Shown here one piece after another: positions 58,938 through 64,000 of a stretch of 64,000 nucleotides of DNA. Location of the stretch: the IMG/VR virus record IMGVR_UViG_3300042516_002158; one strand, given 5' to 3'. The stretch comes from an uncultured virus (IMG/VR IMGVR_UViG_3300042516_002158). Lineage: Duplodnaviria; Heunggongvirae; Uroviricota; Caudoviricetes. The notes under the pieces are model-generated. The model did not search any database. It was not told where the DNA came from and worked only from the letters and a program-made list of their open reading frames with translations. The position numbers and the translations under genes are program-made. Positions within the stretch are counted from its first letter, which is position 1. The number at the start of each line of letters is the position of its first letter.

Positions 58938-60203
58938 TTATCCTATATAAAATGGTAACGGAATATTTTTCAACATCTTTTGTACTTGCTCAGCTTCTTG
59001 TGCTTTATACTCCATTTGTTTAGGTCTACTTAATTCCTCTAAATCCTGTCTTAATTGTTCGTATAATCTATCTTTATCGTTTTGTGCTTCTGCTCTCAAC
59101 GATGCACCATCTAATGATACTTCACCATCAGGTATAGGAATAGTTGCATATTTCTCTCTAATACCACCTAATAATTCTTTTGATAATGCTAATGTATATT
59201 TCCATATCCATTGTTTACCAACTGAATTGATAGAGGTATAAGTCATACTATCATATTTTATATTAGCGTAATCACTAATAATAGAACCATTTACACCACT
59301 CTTATTTACAATTGATGATGCTGTTCTTTCATCCGATAACACATATTCAAACCAAACCAAATCTGGATTATAAGTAGATGTTCCAGGAATTGGGAATATT
59401 TCTAATATGTTATTGTTAATATTAAAACTATATGTACTTCTACGAACCTGGTCATTAAATTCAATTGCAGATATTCTTAATAAATCTTCATAAACTGGCA
59501 TTAATACGAATTGTGCCGCCGGAGAAAATGAACTAAATCCAAACTCATCTAATAAGTTCAATGTACCTTTTGCCGAAACTGCATAAGGGTCAAAGAATCT
59601 GCTAATGGCCGGAACTCCTTCGTAGAAAACTTTTGTGATAATAATATCTTGACCATAGTGTGAACCACTTTCTAATGAACCTGATGGTACGGTTGCTAAT
59701 TTTGCACCACCATTACTTTCAATATAACTTTGTGATGTTGGACTCAATGCACCCAAATCATACCTTTGAACTCCACCAATCAATCTCAATGAACCTTTAT
59801 GAACCGTTGCACCTCTATTTCCACCTACATTCGCTTCTATACCATATGAGTTAGCTATCGTAATAACTTGGTTTGTATTTGCACCTTCAACATAATTACC
59901 TGTATGATTAGTATTTTCATTTTGTTGCTGACCTAACATATTGTATAGGTTGTTACGAATATTAAATGCATTTACTTGTGCTGAATACTCTGAAATAGAT
60001 TCTTCAAAACATGCATAAATATTATCAGGTAATAACTCTACATTTTGTACAGGATACCCTAATCTTTTAGCTACCCAATCACCTACTTTATCGGCGTGTT
60101 GTCTGAATAAACTTTCACTATCATATAAACCAAATGGTGTTGATCCTGTTTCAAAGGATGAACTACCCGGCCAATTAATTGATGTTACTAAATCTGCTGC
60201 CAT
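58938..60203 (-). CDS. Neck protein (gp13-like head-tail adaptor)
   Basis: RLGYPVQNVEL, WIWKYTLALSKELLG..R.KY, LDG. Confidence 0.8.
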   Translation of the reverse strand: MAADLVTSINWPGSSSFETGSTPFGLYDSESLFRQHADKVGDWVAKRLGYPVQNVELLPDNIYACFEESISEYSAQVNAFNIRNNLYNMLGQQQNENTNHTGNYVEGANTNQVITIANSYGIEANVGGNRGATVHKGSLRLIGGVQRYDLGALSPTSQSYIESNGGAKLATVPSGSLESGSHYGQDIIITKVFYEGVPAISRFFDPYAVSAKGTLNLLDEFGFSSFSPAAQFVLMPVYEDLLRISAIEFNDQVRRSTYSFNINNNILEIFPIPGTSTYNPDLVWFEYVLSDERTASSIVNKSGVNGSIISDYANIKYDSMTYTSINSVGKQWIWKYTLALSKELLGGIREKYATIPIPDGEVSLDGASLRAEAQNDKDRLYEQLRQDLEELSRPKQMEYKAQEAEQVQKMLKNIPLPFYIG

Positions 60204-60232
60204 TATAATCCTTTTGTATAAATATCAATATG

Positions 60233-61285
60233 TTAAGTTATAAAAAACTTTTTGTATTTTTCATCCCTAATTCTTACTTTTAATTCGTTACTAATACTAT
60301 CTTCTTGTCTATATTTATAACTATCTATAAAATAATCTGTATTTACATTAAATATTTTATGTAAGATATTATTTAATTTTTGATTTTGTTCTATTGAATT
60401 AACTTCATTTAAAATTCCCCATTGAACATATAAGTTTCTAAAATATTCAGCATACCATTTGTAATTACCATATGTATTTAAATGGGAATCATAATGAGAC
60501 ATGTAATATTTTTGATTATCATGTGTTCTATCTGCTACAAATTCTGTCATTCCACCATATTTTCCACTTTGAATTATGTATTCTTCTTTAATTCCAAATA
60601 TTGTTTTAAGAATTTGTTTTACACCAACACAATTATGTTTTATTACATCTACTCTTTCTTTGTATTGAAAATAAGTAAAATAATTTCTATCAATTAATTC
60701 AAATCTTTCTTTTAAATTATACTCAATTAATTCATTTTCATAAAAAATTGCCCATCCAAAAAACATATTAAAATGTTCAATACCATTATCTTTGTTCCAT
60801 TGAATGATATTTTCTAAATTTGAAATGTGTGATTCTAATACATCTTTATATAAATTTACAGTTGGATTTAAGTTATCTATATAATCCCATTCTGCACCTT
60901 CTATGTTTGATACATTCAATTCAATTTCATATACCGGATTAGTAGCTCTTGCCAAGCCACTCAATTGTAATGTTCCGTATATATTTTTTGGATTAACCCC
61001 TTTTTTCAATAATTCGTTAACTTTTTGTTTATATCTATGAAATATTACATGATTACCAGCAGAACCTTTTGCTACATTATAAAAAGCAAATTTTACACCA
61101 CTTTCCCATAATTCATTTATTAAAAAATATTGATATTTTAATGAATAATCAGGAAGACACAATTCTTTATAATCAGTTAATTTATCACTTAATCCTAAAT
61201 AAGTATGTTTACTATCCGTTGTAATGTATGGCATATGTGAATCCGTAAATGAATCCCCAGCTGTTATAATATATATTTTATCCAT
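60233..61285 (-). CDS. SGNH-like hypothetical protein
   Basis: AGDSFT, NVAKGSAGN, DSHLN. Confidence 0.55.
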   Translation of the reverse strand: MDKIYIITAGDSFTDSHMPYITTDSKHTYLGLSDKLTDYKELCLPDYSLKYQYFLINELWESGVKFAFYNVAKGSAGNHVIFHRYKQKVNELLKKGVNPKNIYGTLQLSGLARATNPVYEIELNVSNIEGAEWDYIDNLNPTVNLYKDVLESHISNLENIIQWNKDNGIEHFNMFFGWAIFYENELIEYNLKERFELIDRNYFTYFQYKERVDVIKHNCVGVKQILKTIFGIKEEYIIQSGKYGGMTEFVADRTHDNQKYYMSHYDSHLNTYGNYKWYAEYFRNLYVQWGILNEVNSIEQNQKLNNILHKIFNVNTDYFIDSYKYRQEDSISNELKVRIRDEKYKKFFIT

Positions 61286-61312
61286 AGTAACTTTTAGATA
61301 AATATGTAATAT

Positions 61313-61342
61313 AAAAAAAGAGTAGATAAAACTACTCTTTTT
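61313..61342 (-). terminator. Intrinsic (possibly bidirectional) terminator
   Basis: AAAAAGAGTAG/CTACTCTTTTT. Confidence 0.75.
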
Positions 61343-61345
61343 AAT

Positions 61346-62242
61346 TTATATAAGATGATTTTGTGTTCGTTGTATAAAGTAAATGACATTTGCAATATCA
61401 ACCGTTGCACCATTTGCTTTAATTTTCCATTGATTACCATTTGCTACAAAATCCGTATCTGCATAAAATTGAAATACTTCGTGATAATCGTGCCATTCAT
61501 CATTTCCTTTTCCAAAAAATAAATCCTTACCAACTCTACGATATGGGGTCAATCCGGTACTATCTAATTGAATTCTCATCCAACCCGCGTTTGCATTAGC
61601 AGTCTTTGCTTTAAATGTAACAGTCATAACATATACATCACCTTCTTTTTCCGGATAAATTCTTTGTGAACCCGTATTGTAAAATTGAATATCGGAATGT
61701 AAATGAGTTGTTACCGAATATCCTCCATTATTTGGAATAGTTACTTCACCACCTGCAACGGTGACACTTCTAAAAGATGATGTTGTATATTGCGTATCAT
61801 CGTATCTTGCCCAACTTAATTGTCCTAATACAACGGGATGAGTATTTACATGTAATGAACCGGTTATTTGAACTGAACCTGTAAATGTATGTGTATCATC
61901 CAATGAATCACCAAATTTAGTAGAACCACTTTGATATAAAATTGATGATGAAATTATATTGTTAACATAAATATCACCATTAATATTAAGATTTCCATCT
62001 ACACTTAATCCATTATAAAATTCGGAATATTCTGATGCAAATACTCCACCCATTACTATTTGATTGCCATTAAATATGTTGGCACCATCGGTAGCTAATC
62101 CACCACTATCAATTGTATCTATTAATGTATTGATATGGGTATATCCTAATGCGTAATTATCTGCATCTGTTACTATTATTTTTGTATTTGTAGAAGCGGT
62201 TATAAATGGTAAATCCGGAAATACTCTTTTTACTCTTGACAT
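61346..62242 (-). CDS. Virion fibre/decoration-like protein
   Basis: Shares SGSTKFGD..DD.H.FTGS module with 44530-47298. Confidence 0.65.
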   Translation of the reverse strand: MSRVKRVFPDLPFITASTNTKIIVTDADNYALGYTHINTLIDTIDSGGLATDGANIFNGNQIVMGGVFASEYSEFYNGLSVDGNLNINGDIYVNNIISSSILYQSGSTKFGDSLDDTHTFTGSVQITGSLHVNTHPVVLGQLSWARYDDTQYTTSSFRSVTVAGGEVTIPNNGGYSVTTHLHSDIQFYNTGSQRIYPEKEGDVYVMTVTFKAKTANANAGWMRIQLDSTGLTPYRRVGKDLFFGKGNDEWHDYHEVFQFYADTDFVANGNQWKIKANGATVDIANVIYFIQRTQNHLI

Positions 62243-62282
62243 TTTAAATTCTATTTAATATAAATATAAAAGTTTTAGACAT

Positions 62283-62310
62283 AAAAAAGGAGGTATTTCT
62301 ACCCCCTTTC
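62283..62310 (-). terminator. Intrinsic terminator after major capsid gene
   Basis: AAAGGGGGTA/TACCTCCTTTTTT. Confidence 0.75.
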
Positions 62311-62336
62311 TTATTTATTTTCCACTCTTACAGAGA

Positions 62337-63989
62337 TTACAATAAGTTTAAGTCACCGATTACAATCTTACCGAAGAATTCAGGTCTTACTAACTTCTTA
62401 GCGTAACGAGTCATAACACCTCTTCTTGGAGTGAAGTTATCTGGATCGTATACTAAAGGAGTTAAAATCAATGGTACATATGGAGCGTAAACAGCACCAG
62501 TCTCTAAGAAGTTGTTACCTTTGTAACCTAACAACATTACGTTCTCAGTCATGTAAGGGTTCTTGTAAACTGTGTATCTATTTGCGATTGAACCAACTTG
62601 AGTTACACCTGCTGCGAATGATTTAGCATCTTTATCAGCTGATACTGTGAACGCTGGGATTGATTCTAAAATAGTACATACGTCAGGAGAAGCAACGATA
62701 AAGTTAGCACCACCTCTCATAGTTAATTGATGAATTTTGTTTGAAACTTTGTTCAACTTAGTACCTAAAGTTTGGAACCAAGTGTTTCTTGTGTATGCAG
62801 AAGCTGCAGCTACATCAGAATCGATTTCAAAGTTTGAACCATTCCACTCATTACCAACCTTTAAAGACCAGTATTCAGTAGTTAATGCGTTAGCTTTTAA
62901 CATATCTAAGATTTCTAAGTCGATTTCTAAAGAAATGTACTCAGATAACATAGAAGTTAATTCAGCTTCAGCATCAATTGAATGGTAAGCGTTCAAGTCT
63001 TGTGCCAACTCTGGAGTCCACACAGCTTTTAACTTACGAGTTTTAGCAACGATTGCTTCACTCTTCAATTCTAAATCGATTTGAGGAATAGCTAAATCTG
63101 TACCACCTGCAGTATCACCACCTGTGATTGGATCTCTATCTTCGAAATCACCTCTAGAAATAGAAGTTGGTTGCTTAGAATAAACTACACCAATTGTAGA
63201 TGCTGTTGAACCAGAAGAAATTGCGTTACCAGCTACGATGAATGATACAGTACCGTTTGAAGAGTATGTAGTCAATGCAGGATAGTAGTTACTGAATGTT
63301 GAAACTGTACCGTTTGTAGTTGAACCAGATACATAGAAACTTCTAACTGCGTTTACATCAGCTGATAATGCAGCTACTGAAGCAGAAGTTAAAGTCAATT
63401 TGTAAATAGTACCAGCTGCAACAGATGCAGATAAATCACCATCAAAGTTTACATCAGCTAAAGAAGTTACTTTTGCAGTAGTTACTGAAGCTAAGATTGC
63501 ATCTTGTTGGTTAACTGAATATCCGAATCTACCAGCACCGTATAAACCACCTTCTGCAGCATCAGTTGAACCTAATTTTCCGTTACCAGTACCACCGTAA
63601 AGTGATTTAGTATTGAAAGATGGGTTACCTGCTTGTGCAGAACCGTATTTGAAATCCATGTAGAAAATCAAACCTGAAGGTAAGTTCATTGGTTGTACAG
63701 AAACGAATTCTTTTGCAGCGATTTCACCGAAGATTCTTCTTACTAATGGTAAAGCTACACCAGACCATTCTTCAGAACCTGCTGAAGTACCAGTTTGAGT
63801 TGCCTCGTCAAGCAATTGCTTAGCTTGGTTTTCCAACAATACAGCCATAGCGTGTTGTTGAGGTTTTTCACCTATTCCTTCTAAAAGACCAGTTTTTTCC
63901 CATTTGTTTTTTAAACCTCTAGTTTGCTCAAGCATAACTGAAGTTGGGTTCTTGCCTTCCATAAGTTTTGTTAAATCAAAATTTGCCAT
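62337..63989 (-). CDS. Major capsid protein (T4 gp23-like)
   Basis: LLENQ, VQPM..PSG, AKTRKLKA.WT.ELAQDL...H.IDAEAEL, YAPYVPL, TRY. Confidence 0.96.
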   Translation of the reverse strand: MANFDLTKLMEGKNPTSVMLEQTRGLKNKWEKTGLLEGIGEKPQQHAMAVLLENQAKQLLDEATQTGTSAGSEEWSGVALPLVRRIFGEIAAKEFVSVQPMNLPSGLIFYMDFKYGSAQAGNPSFNTKSLYGGTGNGKLGSTDAAEGGLYGAGRFGYSVNQQDAILASVTTAKVTSLADVNFDGDLSASVAAGTIYKLTLTSASVAALSADVNAVRSFYVSGSTTNGTVSTFSNYYPALTTYSSNGTVSFIVAGNAISSGSTASTIGVVYSKQPTSISRGDFEDRDPITGGDTAGGTDLAIPQIDLELKSEAIVAKTRKLKAVWTPELAQDLNAYHSIDAEAELTSMLSEYISLEIDLEILDMLKANALTTEYWSLKVGNEWNGSNFEIDSDVAAASAYTRNTWFQTLGTKLNKVSNKIHQLTMRGGANFIVASPDVCTILESIPAFTVSADKDAKSFAAGVTQVGSIANRYTVYKNPYMTENVMLLGYKGNNFLETGAVYAPYVPLILTPLVYDPDNFTPRRGVMTRYAKKLVRPEFFGKIVIGDLNLL

Positions 63990-64000
63990 TTTGTTTTTTC

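Noticed and set aside
3385..62988. Plus-strand ORFs in the track (e.g. 18405-19112, 47688-48119, 55957-56427)
   Set aside because: Antisense shadows of well-supported minus-strand genes with no recognisable motifs.
1..64000. Stop-codon reassignment
   Set aside because: Genes are intact under code 11, TAG and TGA both end genes, and no suppressor tRNA is in view.

Overview
This window is a 64-kb, AT-rich segment of a large T4-like (contractile-tailed) bacteriophage. Essentially all genes are on the minus strand. Repeated TTTG-N19/20-TAnnTTT(G/A) promoters point to a Bacteroidota host. In transcription order (right to left) it holds: major capsid protein; neck and tail-terminator genes; a roughly 28-kb block of Ser/Thr-rich fibre, LamG and S74-chaperone genes with an embedded glycosyltransferase and a Hint-domain protein; sheath; tube; a gp26/gp51-like pair joined by a probable frameshift; tape measure and baseplate genes; auxiliary enzymes (PhyH, 2OG-Fe oxygenase, CysC plus an HxGH nucleotidyltransferase); replication/recombination genes (short PolA-like protein, SSB, RecA/UvsX, 5'-3' exonuclease, DnaB-like helicase, class II RNR, thioredoxin, DNA methyltransferase); and a 3-kb stable-RNA island. 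The island contains tmRNA, 13 tRNAs, an ~870-nt highly structured RNA (GOLLD-like), a tRNA minihelix and several small structured RNAs. The most striking signal is an apparent ribosome-dependent attenuator in front of the tRNA array. A 22-aa leader ORF missed by the ORF track (MKALTLHTLCSTPNQIWGGRDM) has a stop-codon region that can pair with the 5' arm of an intrinsic terminator. The leader contains all 10 amino acids of the 10 tRNAs in the unit that follows, which suggests a sensor that switches on phage tRNAs when host tRNAs run short. All calls were made by eye; no database searches or folding programs were run.
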